64,000 bases of DNA from Chthonomonadales bacterium. GTDB taxonomy: Bacteria; Armatimonadota; Chthonomonadetes; Chthonomonadales; CAJBBX01. Position 1 is the first letter of the stretch, and each line of letters starts with the position of its first letter. The notes under the pieces were generated by a model, which worked only from the letters and a program-made list of their open reading frames with translations, ran no database searches and was not told the DNA's origin. The position numbers and the translations under genes were made by a program. Location of the stretch: positions 253,077-317,076 of the forward strand of contig JBMFSQ010000001.1 in the NCBI GenBank assembly GCA_049967475.1, read 5' to 3'. Shown here one piece after another: positions 1 through 10,293 of the stretch.

Positions 1-2
1 GT

Positions 3-503
3 TTGGCCGGCGTAGATCGGGTACCCGGCCGCTTCGAACCGATCCATACGGGGCTGGGTTGGCATGTGATTGTGGATTATGCGCACACGCCCGACGGCCT
101 GCACAATCTCCTCGCCTCTGCGCGACAACTGCAGCCCGCCCGGCTGATCCTTGTGTTTGGATGCGGCGGAAACAGAGACCGTACGAAGAGGCCGATCATG
201 GGGCGCATCGCTGTGGAAGAAGCCGATCGTGTATTCATCACTTCGGACAATCCACGCGATGAGGATCCCGAGGCCATTCTTGCCGAGATCCTTGCCGGGA
301 TCGAGGACACCCGAGTACCGGTGGCGGTCGAACCGGATCGGGGCGCTGCCATCGCTGCAGCGTTGGCTGAGGCGCGGGAAGGAGACGTGGTTCTGGTAGC
401 CGGCAAGGGACACGAAGACTACCAGGAGGTGAAAGGGAAGCGCTTGCCTTTCGATGATCGGGCAGTGATCCGGGAATGGCTTGCCAAGTGCGCGGTGAGA
501 TGA
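3..503 (+). CDS. murE: UDP-N-acetylmuramoyl-tripeptide synthetase, C-terminal part (5' truncated by window)
   Basis: VPGRFE, VDYAHTPDG, FGCGGNRD, SDNPR (meso-DAP specificity motif) and AGKGHEDYQ; directly upstream of mraY. Confidence 0.95.
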   Translation: MAGVDRVPGRFEPIHTGLGWHVIVDYAHTPDGLHNLLASARQLQPARLILVFGCGGNRDRTKRPIMGRIAVEEADRVFITSDNPRDEDPEAILAEILAGIEDTRVPVAVEPDRGAAIAAALAEAREGDVVLVAGKGHEDYQEVKGKRLPFDDRAVIREWLAKCAVR

Positions 504-552
504 TGAGGCGCCGGAGGGGCCGCCGCGCGGGCTCTGGGGCGCGTGGAGGATT

Positions 553-1572
553 ATGATGACGGCTGCGGGGTTCGTACTGGCCTTTGCGGCTGCGGTTTTG
601 ACTGGATGGGCGCTCATTCCGTGGCTGGCCCGCGTGGGCATCCGGCAGACCGTGTCCGCCGACGCCCCGGCCCGCCACTCCGCCAAGCAGGGTACGCCCA
701 CCATGGGCGGCATAGCAATTCTGGCAGGTCTGAGCGTCCCGACGGTGATTGAAGCTCTGGTTGCTCCGCACCACTGGCCGAGCTTGGTGCTTCTAGGGCT
801 TACGCTGGCATTCGGGGGGATCGGCTTTTGGGACGATTTGCTCATCGCGCGGCGTGGGAAGAACTTGGGTCTGAAGGCACGCCATAAGCTGGCGCTCCAG
901 TTTGTGTTCGCTGCAGTTTTCGTAGCATGGCTTGCTCTTGCCGATTTTGGCCGAGGCGGTCAACCGGCCGGTCGGGTTACGGTGCTCAGATTGTGGGAGG
1001 ACGTGGATCTGGGGGTATGGTACTACCCGCTTGCTGCGCTCATGATTGTGGGCTTGAGCAATGCGGTGAACCTGGCCGATGGTCTGGATGGCTTGGCGGC
1101 GGGCGTATGTGCTCTAGCCTTCGTAGGATTGGCAGCAATCGTGGCGGCTCCGGCGGCCTCACCGATGGGTTCGCTGGCGCTGTTTGGTTCTTCGGCGGCA
1201 GGTGCCTGTTGTGGTTTTCTTTGGTACAACGCTCCTCCCGCCCGCGTATTCATGGGCGACACGGGTTCATTGGCCCTTGGCGCTGCGCTGGGTGGAATGG
1301 CGGTACTGGGCAAAGCGGAGGTACCGGTTCAATTTATGGCTGCCATTCCGTGGGCAGCGGTCTTTTCGGTAATCGTGCAGGTAGGCGTGTTTCGGTACCG
1401 CGCCTGGCGCTACGGGCTGGAGTATGCTCGAACCCATCGCGTGTTCCGCCGTACGCCGATCCACCACCATTTTGAGGAACTCGGCTGGCCCGAGACGCAG
1501 ATTGTGGCCAGGTTCTGGTTGATCACCGCCTCGGCCGTGGCCTCTACCCTGGCAGTAGTGCGGTGGCGCTGA
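553..1572 (+). CDS. mraY: Phospho-N-acetylmuramoyl-pentapeptide transferase
   Basis: KQGTPTMGG, NAVNLADGLDGL, FMGDTGS and PIHHHFE motifs; multi-TM; GGAGG RBS. Confidence 0.96.
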   Translation: MMTAAGFVLAFAAAVLTGWALIPWLARVGIRQTVSADAPARHSAKQGTPTMGGIAILAGLSVPTVIEALVAPHHWPSLVLLGLTLAFGGIGFWDDLLIARRGKNLGLKARHKLALQFVFAAVFVAWLALADFGRGGQPAGRVTVLRLWEDVDLGVWYYPLAALMIVGLSNAVNLADGLDGLAAGVCALAFVGLAAIVAAPAASPMGSLALFGSSAAGACCGFLWYNAPPARVFMGDTGSLALGAALGGMAVLGKAEVPVQFMAAIPWAAVFSVIVQVGVFRYRAWRYGLEYARTHRVFRRTPIHHHFEELGWPETQIVARFWLITASAVASTLAVVRWR

Positions 1573-1608
1573 TGGGTGCAGCACGCGGATCAGAAGGAGG
1601 CATGCGGA

Positions 1609-3009
1609 ATGGTATCGGTCATGGAACATTGTGAGTTCAAGAACCGGCGCATCGCCGTACTAGGAATGGCGCGTACGGGTATGGCAGCCGCGCCGATCCT
1701 GAAGGATTTGGGCGCCAGGGTAGCGCTGAGCGATTCACGCGCCGAGGAGGGCTTGGGCGAGGCTGTGCGCACAGCCCATGCGCTCGGCATACCGGTCTAT
1801 GCCGGCGCAGCCAGTGAAGAGGTTCTGGAGGGGGCCGATTTGGTGGTGACCTCGCCGGGGATCCATCCAGACAGCCCCATCCTTGCCGAAGCACGCCGCC
1901 GGCGCATCCCCGTCTTGGCTGAGATAGAGGTAGCCTACCGCATCAGCAAGGCGCCGATCCTGGCTGTGACGGGCACCAATGGAAAAACAACGACCACCAT
2001 GCTTTTGGGCGCAATGCTGCGTTCAGCAGGCTTGCGGTGTTGGGTCGCAGGAAACATAGCCGCAGATGCCGTTAAGCAGACGCTCATTGACGCCGCCTAC
2101 GCCGCAGAAGCCTCCGACGTGATCGTGGCCGAGGTGAGTTCATTCCAGCTCATGTTCGTGGAACGCTTTAGACCTCAAATCGGGATCCTCACAAACGTAA
2201 CCCCTGATCATCTCAATTGGCATCATTCCTTCCGTGAGTATGTAGAAGCCAAGAGCCGCCTTTTTGCCGCCCAAACGCGCGAGGACGTTGCCGTACTCAG
2301 TGCCCTCAATGCTCCTGCGCGCTCAATTGGAGAACGCATCCTTGCTCAGCGCCTTTGGTTCGACCGGGGCCACTGCCTCAAGGATGATTGCGCCTGTGTG
2401 GATCAGGGGAGGTTCGTGGTCCGTTGGAGGGGCACGGAGCATATCCTTTGCCGTGTAGACGACCTCAGACTGCCGGGGCTGCACAATGTTGAGAATGCCT
2501 TGGCCGCGGCTGCCGCAGCGGTAGCCTATGGAGCCGATGACGAGGCGATCAGTACGGCAATCCGGACCTTCTCGCCCGTAGTCCATCGAATGGAACCGGT
2601 GGCGGAGATTGAGGGCGTGCTGTACATCAACAACTCCATGTGCACAAACGTGGATGCTGCGGTTCGATCGCTCGAAGCCATGGATCGGCCCACAGTGGTG
2701 ATCTGCGGGGGCGTGGACAAGAACAGCGACTTCACGCCGCTGGGGACAGCCATTGCTTTGCGTGCTGCCGGAATGGTCACGATGGGCGCTGCCGCTGGAT
2801 TACTGGAAGAAGCGGCGCGTGGCGCGGGCTTCCACCGCATCGAGCGCGCCGTGGACATGGACGATGCGGTCCGAAAGGCGGCCGCCATGGCGCCTCGGGG
2901 TGGGGCGGTGATGCTTTCGCCAGCGTGTGCAAGCTTCGATATGTATCCGGATTTTGAGGCCCGTGGCGCAGCCTTCCGGGATGCGGTGCGCAGGCTTCAG
3001 GAGGGGTAG
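1609..3009 (+). CDS. murD: UDP-N-acetylmuramoyl-L-alanine--D-glutamate ligase
   Basis: SPGI, VTGTNGKTTTT, EVSSFQL, PDHLNWH and LSPACASFD; start placed at ATG 1609 after AAGGAGG. Confidence 0.95.
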   Translation: MVSVMEHCEFKNRRIAVLGMARTGMAAAPILKDLGARVALSDSRAEEGLGEAVRTAHALGIPVYAGAASEEVLEGADLVVTSPGIHPDSPILAEARRRRIPVLAEIEVAYRISKAPILAVTGTNGKTTTTMLLGAMLRSAGLRCWVAGNIAADAVKQTLIDAAYAAEASDVIVAEVSSFQLMFVERFRPQIGILTNVTPDHLNWHHSFREYVEAKSRLFAAQTREDVAVLSALNAPARSIGERILAQRLWFDRGHCLKDDCACVDQGRFVVRWRGTEHILCRVDDLRLPGLHNVENALAAAAAAVAYGADDEAISTAIRTFSPVVHRMEPVAEIEGVLYINNSMCTNVDAAVRSLEAMDRPTVVICGGVDKNSDFTPLGTAIALRAAGMVTMGAAAGLLEEAARGAGFHRIERAVDMDDAVRKAAAMAPRGGAVMLSPACASFDMYPDFEARGAAFRDAVRRLQEG

Positions 3010-3015
3010 GGCCCG

Positions 3016-4158
3016 TTGGCAACAATCACCACACGATCAACCCGGGCGGTCAATAATCTGCTCATCCCCGTGTCCATAGCCCTATACGCTGTGGGCCTCG
3101 TGGCAGTATACGATGCGGGATACGCCCACGCTTTGGATCGGAGCCCAGGCGGCAATGCGGCATTGTGGATGGTGCTCAAGCAGACCGCGTACGGTTTGGT
3201 GGGCCTGAGTGCTATGGTCGCTATGGCGAAGATGGGCTATTGGCGGCTTCGCAAAGCGGCATTCCCCCTGCTGGTAATTTCTATGCTCCTCCTGATGATG
3301 GTATGGGTACCCCATGTGGGCATTCAGCGAAACGGCGCGCACCGGTGGATCGGATGGGGGTTGGTGCAGGTTCAACCTTCCGAGCTTGCCAAGCTGTCGC
3401 TCATCATCTACTTGGCTGCGTACTTGACCCAACCCTCTGTGAATGTGAGGAAGGGACGCTGGGCGCTGGGTATTCCTCTTGCCGCCATGGCCATTGTGGT
3501 CGGACTGGTGGAGCGGGAACCGGATTTCGGGACGGCATTCGTCATCTTCCTGTCGAGTATGGCGGTGTTTTACATGGGAGGCGCCCGCGTTCGGCATTTG
3601 ATGGCAGTGGCGGCAGCCTTTGCTGTGCTGGCGGGCTGTTCCCTGGCGCTGGGACACGGGTTTCGGCAGCATCGCCTCCGTACGTTTTTTAGTGCGCAGA
3701 AGGACACCCAGGGAGCGGGCTACCAGGTGTTCCGTGGCCTTCTTGCCGTTGGATCGGGCATGGTGAGCGGAGTGGGCTTCGGCGCCGGCCGAGAGAAGTT
3801 CTATCTGCCGGAGGCCAGTACGGATTATGTGTTCGCCACGATCGCAGAGGAAACCGGTCTGCTGGGGAGCTTGGCGCTTGTGTTCCTACTACTTGCTCTG
3901 GTTTATTCGGGGATGAAGGCGGCACTGCGCATTCATGATCCCTTCGGTGCCCTCCTTGGTGCAGGCATCACCACGATGTTGAGCGCACAGGCACTCATCA
4001 ACCTGGGCGTTGTGACAGGCTCTTTGCCTGCCACAGGAGTGCCGCTCCCCTTTATCAGTTCCGGAGGATCCTCGTTGGTGTTCGGCTTCGCAGGGATCGG
4101 CATCGTTCTCAGCATCGCGGCAAGCGCCTCGGCGTCCGGCGGGAGTGCCGGCCGATAG
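3016..4158 (+). CDS. ftsW: SEDS-family peptidoglycan polymerase FtsW
   Basis: NGAHRW, QPSELAK, EPDFGT, LPEASTDY and TGVPLPFISSGGSS; position between murD and murG. Confidence 0.93.
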   Translation: MATITTRSTRAVNNLLIPVSIALYAVGLVAVYDAGYAHALDRSPGGNAALWMVLKQTAYGLVGLSAMVAMAKMGYWRLRKAAFPLLVISMLLLMMVWVPHVGIQRNGAHRWIGWGLVQVQPSELAKLSLIIYLAAYLTQPSVNVRKGRWALGIPLAAMAIVVGLVEREPDFGTAFVIFLSSMAVFYMGGARVRHLMAVAAAFAVLAGCSLALGHGFRQHRLRTFFSAQKDTQGAGYQVFRGLLAVGSGMVSGVGFGAGREKFYLPEASTDYVFATIAEETGLLGSLALVFLLLALVYSGMKAALRIHDPFGALLGAGITTMLSAQALINLGVVTGSLPATGVPLPFISSGGSSLVFGFAGIGIVLSIAASASASGGSAGR

Positions 4159-4186
4159 GACCGATCACAAAGCAGGCGGTGGAAGC

Positions 4187-5308
4187 GTGCGGGTTGTGGT
4201 GACGGGAGGAGGAACCGGCGGGCATATTTACCCGGCGATTGCAGTCGCCGAGGAACTGCGGCGTGCCGGCGATGATGTGCTCTATGTGGGAGCCACCAAT
4301 GGATTGGAAGCGCGCGTCGCCACGGATGCGGGCTTTCCGTTTGTAGGTGTAGCGGCCCGCAAAATCCGCAAGCTCGTGTCCCCATCCACCGTAAGCGTGT
4401 TGCTGGCGCTGGCACGCGGGTACAGGCAGGCCTCGGCGCACCTCATGAAGTTCCGGCCGGATGTGGTGATAGGGACCGGAGGATACGTGGCCGCTGCGAC
4501 AGGATTGGCCGCGGCGAAGCGCTCGATCCCGCTTATCATTCAGGCGTGTGACGCGATCCCAGGGCGAACCAATCGCCTGCTGGCTCGGCGTGCTTGGCGC
4601 ATCTGCATCTGGTTCGAAGAGACGGCGAACTTCCTGCCGGCGGGTAAGACGGTTGTGACGGGAGTGCCGCTTCGGGAAGGAGCGGTGTCCACCGAAACGC
4701 AGGCTGCAGCGCGGCAGGGGCTTGGGCTAAACCCTCACGCATTCACTCTTACCGTACTGGGCGGTAGCCAAGGGGCGCGGCGCCTTAACCAGATTGTTTT
4801 GGACGCGGTTGGCTTGCTGGCAGGGGATGTGCAGGTGCTGCATCAAACCGGGGAAGCGAACCTGAAGGACGTGCAAAATCAGGCTAAGGCTGCTGGTCTG
4901 GACCCAAGTCGCTACCAGCCGAGGGCATACCTTATCGGCTGCGAGATGGCGCGGGCCTATCGGGCAGCAGACCTGGTGATCTGCAGATGTGGCATTGCTA
5001 CGCTGGCTGAGCTCACTGTCAATGGGGTTGCCGGGTTGCTGGTGCCCCTTCCCACAGCCTATGCTGACCACCAAACGCATAACGCCTTGGCTGTCGTCCG
5101 GCGTGGTGCAGGTATACTTCTGCGGGAGCCCGAGCTGACCGGTGCTCAGCTTGCTGCACAGGTTCGGGAGCTTCAGAGGGACACCGAACGGCTGCACCAG
5201 ATGGCCGAAGCCGGCCGCCGCGCCGCTCGGCCTCACGCCGCCGCCACGGTTGCCGAAATCGCCCGCTCAGCCGCCAACCGAGGATCGGCTTCGACTGCTT
5301 CACAATAA
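4187..5308 (+). CDS. murG: Lipid II GlcNAc transferase MurG
   Basis: TGGGTGGHIYP, GTGGYV, GGSQGA and DHQTHNA; start uncertain (4145 or GTG 4187). Confidence 0.94.
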   Translation: MRVVVTGGGTGGHIYPAIAVAEELRRAGDDVLYVGATNGLEARVATDAGFPFVGVAARKIRKLVSPSTVSVLLALARGYRQASAHLMKFRPDVVIGTGGYVAAATGLAAAKRSIPLIIQACDAIPGRTNRLLARRAWRICIWFEETANFLPAGKTVVTGVPLREGAVSTETQAAARQGLGLNPHAFTLTVLGGSQGARRLNQIVLDAVGLLAGDVQVLHQTGEANLKDVQNQAKAAGLDPSRYQPRAYLIGCEMARAYRAADLVICRCGIATLAELTVNGVAGLLVPLPTAYADHQTHNALAVVRRGAGILLREPELTGAQLAAQVRELQRDTERLHQMAEAGRRAARPHAAATVAEIARSAANRGSASTASQ

Positions 5309-5326
5309 TGGTGGGAGTGCTCCGAA

Positions 5327-6763
5327 GTGCGCATCTACTTCATCGGCATCGGCGGCATCGGGATGAGCGGATTGGCCCAGGCTGTGCTGGAGCGGGGTGC
5401 GGACGTGTGTGGGTCCGATGCCCATCCATCCCCCATTACCCGGCGATTGCAGGCATCGGGTGCGCGCGTCTATGCAGGACATTCGGCGCAGAACCTACTC
5501 TGTGAGAAGCCGGACCTGGTTGTGGCCTCATCCGCCATCAAGGCCGATAACCCCGAGATCGCGGCTGCCCGGGATGCAGGCATTCCTTTGATGTCCCGAG
5601 CAGAGTTCCTGGGTGAACTGATGGAGAAGTACTCAGGGCCGCGCGTGGCCGTAGCCGGAACGCATGGGAAGACCACCACGACGGCCATGGCAGCCTTAGT
5701 GTTGATGGAGGGCGGGCTGGATCCTACGGTTCTAGTTGGGGGAGATGTGGCTCTATTCGGAGGAAACGTTCGCGTAGGGGGCGGCGAGGCATTCGTAACA
5801 GAAGCCTGCGAGGCATTCGATTCGTTCCTTCATATCCCGGGGCATATCCGTATCATCACCAATATCGAGCCGGACCATTTGGACTATTTCGGCTCCGTGG
5901 AACGGCTGTACCAGAGCTTCCGCGCCTTTGCTTTGGGCCGTCGGGTTGGCGGCGGTGGGTGCGTGGTGGCGTGTTCCGATGACGCAGGCGCTCTCGGGTT
6001 GGCGGCAAGCCTCGGAGGCGAATGCAGGTTGGTGCTGTACGGATTGGACGCATCGGAGGCGAGAGGCGCAACTTTGGCCTGCGCCTATGCGCTTGCGGCG
6101 CGCAATGTAACCCTCTCGCGGGCCGGGTCCAGTTTTGAAGCGGTAAGGCTCGTAGAGGGTTCGGTTCAGGACCGCGCGTGTGTGGAATTGCACGTGCCTG
6201 GAGTGCACAACGTGCGCAACGGTTTGGCTGCCCTTGCCGCAGGCATCGAGGCCGGGGTACCCATGGACGTGGCTGCGCGGGCCCTTGGGCGTTTTTCGGG
6301 CGTGGAGCGGCGCTTTGAAGTGCTTGGGGAAGCAGGCGAAGTTGTTGTAGTGGATGACTATGCCCATCATCCCACCGAAATCTCGGCGACCCTTGCTGCT
6401 GCGCGGCAGGTATATCCCCACCGACGGATTGTGGCCGTGTTCCAGCCTCATCTTTACAGTCGCACGCGGGATTTCATGGAGGGTTTCGCCGACGTCCTTG
6501 CGGGCTTTGATGCCGTCATCATTACGGAAATCTACGCCGCACGCGAGGAGCCGATACCCGGCGTGTCCAGCCGCCTTCTCGTGCAGCGCCTTGCCGAGCG
6601 GGCGCCGGAAAAGACGGTTCTCTACGCTTCAGGATTGGCGGATGCGGCGGCGACACTCCGTGAAATCACCAGGGATGGAGACGTGGTACTCACCATCGGA
6701 GCGGGAGACGTTCGCGAGGTAGGCATCACGTATCTCGGGCACCGGGTCAGGGATAGGGCCTAA
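5327..6763 (+). CDS. murC: UDP-N-acetylmuramate--L-alanine ligase
   Basis: GIGGIGMSGLA, AGTHGKTTTT, DDYAHHPTEI and FQPHLYSRT. Confidence 0.96.
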   Translation: MRIYFIGIGGIGMSGLAQAVLERGADVCGSDAHPSPITRRLQASGARVYAGHSAQNLLCEKPDLVVASSAIKADNPEIAAARDAGIPLMSRAEFLGELMEKYSGPRVAVAGTHGKTTTTAMAALVLMEGGLDPTVLVGGDVALFGGNVRVGGGEAFVTEACEAFDSFLHIPGHIRIITNIEPDHLDYFGSVERLYQSFRAFALGRRVGGGGCVVACSDDAGALGLAASLGGECRLVLYGLDASEARGATLACAYALAARNVTLSRAGSSFEAVRLVEGSVQDRACVELHVPGVHNVRNGLAALAAGIEAGVPMDVAARALGRFSGVERRFEVLGEAGEVVVVDDYAHHPTEISATLAAARQVYPHRRIVAVFQPHLYSRTRDFMEGFADVLAGFDAVIITEIYAAREEPIPGVSSRLLVQRLAERAPEKTVLYASGLADAAATLREITRDGDVVLTIGAGDVREVGITYLGHRVRDRA

Positions 6764-6803
6764 GCAGGCCGTGCTCATTCATGAATAGAGGACACGCGCG
6801 TTC

Positions 6804-7691
6804 ATGGCACTAGGTGCCGGCAGAAACTCGGCTCGGCAGCGTGCGGCGGCGGCGCTCCATCGCGAGCGCTTTCCCAACGCCCCTGGCCGTTCCAGTGCTT
6901 CGCGGAAGAAGAGGACCTTCAGCCCCTTGGCTGTTCGGCGGCTGATCCTAGGCGCACTCTGGATGGTCTTGGCCGCCGAGGTGCTGTTCGCTTTGCGGCG
7001 ATCGCCTTGGTTCGACGTGCAGCATGTGCAGTTGGAGGGCGTTCGGACCCTGGCTCCGAGCGAAGTGCAGGCTTTGGAGGCTGCCGTGCAGCTTCCTGCT
7101 GGAACCAACTTATTCTATGCGCTCTTCAAATGGCGCGGGGCTTCGGCGGCGAAGCTTCCCTTCGTCGCCCGGGTGCAGGTGCGGCCAGCCAGCGTCCACG
7201 GGTTGCGCGTCCTTATCCGGCCCCGCGTGCCGGTGGCTGTGGTGGAGAGCGGCGGCAACGGCTGGGAGGTAGATTCCCAGGGGTGGGTCGTCAGAGGAGC
7301 TCGGTCCAACATGTCGCTGCCCGTGATCCAGGTGGCCGGCGGTTTGGCGCTGCGGCCTGGTACGGTGGTGGCCGACGATGCGGTGCTGCAGGTTCTCAGG
7401 ACGGTGGTGCCTGCTGCGGCAGGCGGTCTGAGCGTAGCAAAAGTGCACGTTGACCCCCAGGGGAATCTGTGCTTAAATATGTTGGATGGCGTTGAGGTCC
7501 AGATGGGCCAGCCCTATGAACTGGGCGCGAAGCTGCGCCTGCTCGAGCGCATCTACCATGAGGAGCCGGGTATCGGCCGCAGGGTGGCCGCGATCAATTT
7601 GAGCTGCATCGAAGCACCCGCGTGTACTCCGCGGATGCCCGGGAGGGCGCAGGGTGCGCCGGAGAATGCTCGAGATCGCAAGCCGCAGTAG
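6804..7691 (+). CDS. ftsQ: Cell division protein FtsQ/DivIB
   Basis: Basic N-tail, one TM, POTRA-like segment (SPWFDVQHVQLEG...GTNLF); dcw position. Confidence 0.8.
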   Translation: MALGAGRNSARQRAAAALHRERFPNAPGRSSASRKKRTFSPLAVRRLILGALWMVLAAEVLFALRRSPWFDVQHVQLEGVRTLAPSEVQALEAAVQLPAGTNLFYALFKWRGASAAKLPFVARVQVRPASVHGLRVLIRPRVPVAVVESGGNGWEVDSQGWVVRGARSNMSLPVIQVAGGLALRPGTVVADDAVLQVLRTVVPAAAGGLSVAKVHVDPQGNLCLNMLDGVEVQMGQPYELGAKLRLLERIYHEEPGIGRRVAAINLSCIEAPACTPRMPGRAQGAPENARDRKPQ

Positions 7692-7726
7692 CAGGGCCGG
7701 CCGCATCCTTCCATAGCGGGTGCCAA

Positions 7727-8512
7727 ATGAACGTCTTTACGACCGGTCATCGCAATCAGCCCTGGATCTGGCAGGTTACCGCACTTTCCTTCCTGCTGGG
7801 GCTCCTGCTCGCGGGTTCCCTGCAGACCGTGGGCTACATCCGCAGATCCGGTATCGGACTGGGTCGCTTTGGAGGCGTGGCTCCCAGTTTCACCGTTCCC
7901 ATGTCTGCCGCCATGCGCCAGCAGCAGAAGGAGATTGCAGATCTGCGCGAGCACAACACGAAGCTGGAGAATGCCCTCGGGAAAGGGAACGACCAGCTCA
8001 AGACGCTCAACGACGAGCTTCAAAAAGTGAAGATTATCGCAGGGCTTACCGAGGTTCACGGGCCGGGTATCGTGATTACGCTTCAGGATAGCGCCAAGCG
8101 GCCGCCTTCCGCCCGCACCTTCGAGCAAGCGAACGGCATCATCCATGACACGGATCTGCAGCAGGTTCTGAACGAGCTGGGCCCTTCCGGGGCAGAAGCG
8201 GTGGCGGTGAACAATCAGCGCATCGTGGGGCGGTCTTCGTTGCGTTGCGTTGGACCTACGGTTATGGTGAACAACGTACCCGTGGCGCCGCCCTACGTAA
8301 TCCGTGCCATCGGGGATCCCAACACGCTCTTTGCTGGGATGAATTTGCCCTACGGCGTGCTGGACGGCATTCGGCGGTACGACCCGCAGATGGTTCGAAT
8401 TGAGAAGAAGCAGGACATTGTACTCCCACCCTACACAGGAAGCACCGAGATCCGTTTCGCAAAGCCTACCGTTGACAACGGCCACAAAAGCGGCAGGGAG
8501 ACCCACGATTAG
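7727..8512 (+). CDS. DUF881 family protein (YlxW/YlxX-like)
   Basis: TM plus coiled coil, then AGLTEVHGPGIVITLQD, IHDTDLQQVLNEL, GAEAVAVNNQRI and PPYVIRAIGDP. Confidence 0.88.
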   Translation: MNVFTTGHRNQPWIWQVTALSFLLGLLLAGSLQTVGYIRRSGIGLGRFGGVAPSFTVPMSAAMRQQQKEIADLREHNTKLENALGKGNDQLKTLNDELQKVKIIAGLTEVHGPGIVITLQDSAKRPPSARTFEQANGIIHDTDLQQVLNELGPSGAEAVAVNNQRIVGRSSLRCVGPTVMVNNVPVAPPYVIRAIGDPNTLFAGMNLPYGVLDGIRRYDPQMVRIEKKQDIVLPPYTGSTEIRFAKPTVDNGHKSGRETHD

Positions 8513-8513
8513 C

Positions 8514-8912
8514 ATGGCATGGTTGCCCATCGCGGGAGTGGTTGCCGGTTTCATTGCCGGGCTCGTGGGCTTCTCCCTCGTGCGCGTACCCCCGGAGCTC
8601 GCCGGGCAGTACGCTCCCTATCTTTCTCTGGCGACACTGGCCGGCTTGGACACGGTGTTCGGCGGGATCCGCGCGGGTATCGAGGGTCGGTTTCAGGACG
8701 ACATTTTCGTCAGCGGCTTTCTGCTCAACACTCTTTTAGCAGTCGGTTTAGGGTACCTTGGTGATAGGATCGGCGTAGACCTGTTCTTGGCGGCAGTGAT
8801 TGCGTTGGGAACGCGCGTGTTCCTGAACCTTTCGCTGATCCGGCGTTATTACCTTACGAAGCTGGCTTTAAACCGCCGGAAGGAACCGCCGGCGAGCACC
8901 TCTAATCCATAG
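8514..8912 (+). CDS. sbp: Small basic protein Sbp / DUF1290 family membrane protein
   Basis: YLSLATLAGLDTVFGGIRA, FVSGFLLN and LGTRVFLNLSLIRR; follows DUF881 as in Bacillus. Confidence 0.85.
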   Translation: MAWLPIAGVVAGFIAGLVGFSLVRVPPELAGQYAPYLSLATLAGLDTVFGGIRAGIEGRFQDDIFVSGFLLNTLLAVGLGYLGDRIGVDLFLAAVIALGTRVFLNLSLIRRYYLTKLALNRRKEPPASTSNP

Positions 8913-8990
8913 GACAGCCGGTCCGCGCAACAGAGGCGCTGCGGCGCGGCAAGGTGGCGGGCAACAGGGGTTTGATTGGGGGAGACCCTG

Positions 8991-10223
8991 GTGGCGAGAA
9001 GTGAGTTGGTGGTGGGGCTGGATATCGGCACCACGAAGACATGCTGCGTAGTGGCTCAGGTGGAAGAGGGTCGGGAGCCGGAAATCTGCGGCGTGGGCGT
9101 AAGCCCGTCCGCCGGGGTAAAGCGCGGCATCGTCGTAGACCTGGATGCAACCGTCCGCTCCATTGAGGCTGCTGTAGCCGAGGCTTCCCAACAGTGCGGG
9201 TTCGAGATTACCTCTGCCCTAGTGGGCGTTACGGGTGAGCACATCACCACCCTGAACTCCAGCGGGGTAATCGCCATCACCCATTCGGATCGCGAGATTA
9301 CAGAAGATGACGTGGAACGCGTACTGGAAGCCTCCAGGGTAATCGTAGTCCCGCCCGAACGAATGATCCTTCATGCCATCCCGCGATCCTATTCCATTGA
9401 CGGACAGAACGGCATCAAGCATCCCGTGGGCATGAGCGGTACTCGCCTCGAAGTAGAGACGCACATCGTCACCGGCGCCAACACGTTTCTGCAGAATGTG
9501 GAGAAGTGCGTCACCCGGGCAGGACTGGCGGTTGAAGATATGGTGCTGGAGCCTTTGGCTACGGGTGAAGCTGTGTTGATGCCTGCCGAACGCGAGCTGG
9601 GCGTGTGTCTGGTGGACATAGGAGGCGGCACCAGCGACGTCGCGATTTTCAGGGAAGGGGAGATTTACTTTTCTGCCGTCGTGCCGGTTGGGGGGCGCCA
9701 TGTTACCAATGATCTGGCCCAACTTCTGCGGATGGCCGTGGAAGACGCCGAGCAGTTGAAGGTGACACAAGGCTGCGCCGTTGCCGACGGAGTAGGCGAA
9801 GACGAAGCCGTGAATGTGCGGCAGATCGGCGCAGAGACTGCCCGACCCTTTCGGAGGCGCGCGTTGTGCCAGATCATAGAGGCTCGGATGCAGGAAGTTT
9901 TTCAGCTTGTGCAGAAAGAGATCCTGAAGTCTGGCTGCCACGACCAGTTGGCTGCCGGTGTTGTGCTTACCGGCGGGGGAGCGCTCCTCCGGGGAACAAC
10001 GGAGTGTGCTGCCCGAGTACTGGAACTCCCGGTGCGGATAGGGAGGCCAGGAGGTGTGGCCGGGCTGAGCGACAAGGTTGCCGGCCCGGCATTTGCTACA
10101 TCCGTGGGCTTAGTGCGGTATGGAGCGCGCCAGCGCACTGCGCGAAGCTCTTTTGGTCATCGGCCCATGGGCACGGTGCGCGGGTTTTTCCTACGGTTGC
10201 TGGAGCGCCTGCGGGCGGATTGA
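8991..10223 (+). CDS. ftsA: Cell division protein FtsA
   Basis: [26 protein letters not shown] and VLTGGGA; upstream of ftsZ; start 8976 or GTG 8991. Confidence 0.96.
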   Translation: MARSELVVGLDIGTTKTCCVVAQVEEGREPEICGVGVSPSAGVKRGIVVDLDATVRSIEAAVAEASQQCGFEITSALVGVTGEHITTLNSSGVIAITHSDREITEDDVERVLEASRVIVVPPERMILHAIPRSYSIDGQNGIKHPVGMSGTRLEVETHIVTGANTFLQNVEKCVTRAGLAVEDMVLEPLATGEAVLMPAERELGVCLVDIGGGTSDVAIFREGEIYFSAVVPVGGRHVTNDLAQLLRMAVEDAEQLKVTQGCAVADGVGEDEAVNVRQIGAETARPFRRRALCQIIEARMQEVFQLVQKEILKSGCHDQLAAGVVLTGGGALLRGTTECAARVLELPVRIGRPGGVAGLSDKVAGPAFATSVGLVRYGARQRTARSSFGHRPMGTVRGFFLRLLERLRAD

Positions 10224-10293
10224 GAAGGAAGTCGGATCACCTTGGTGCAGGCGCCTGTTGGGGAGTGCAATCATCTCAGGGGGGTATTCATCC

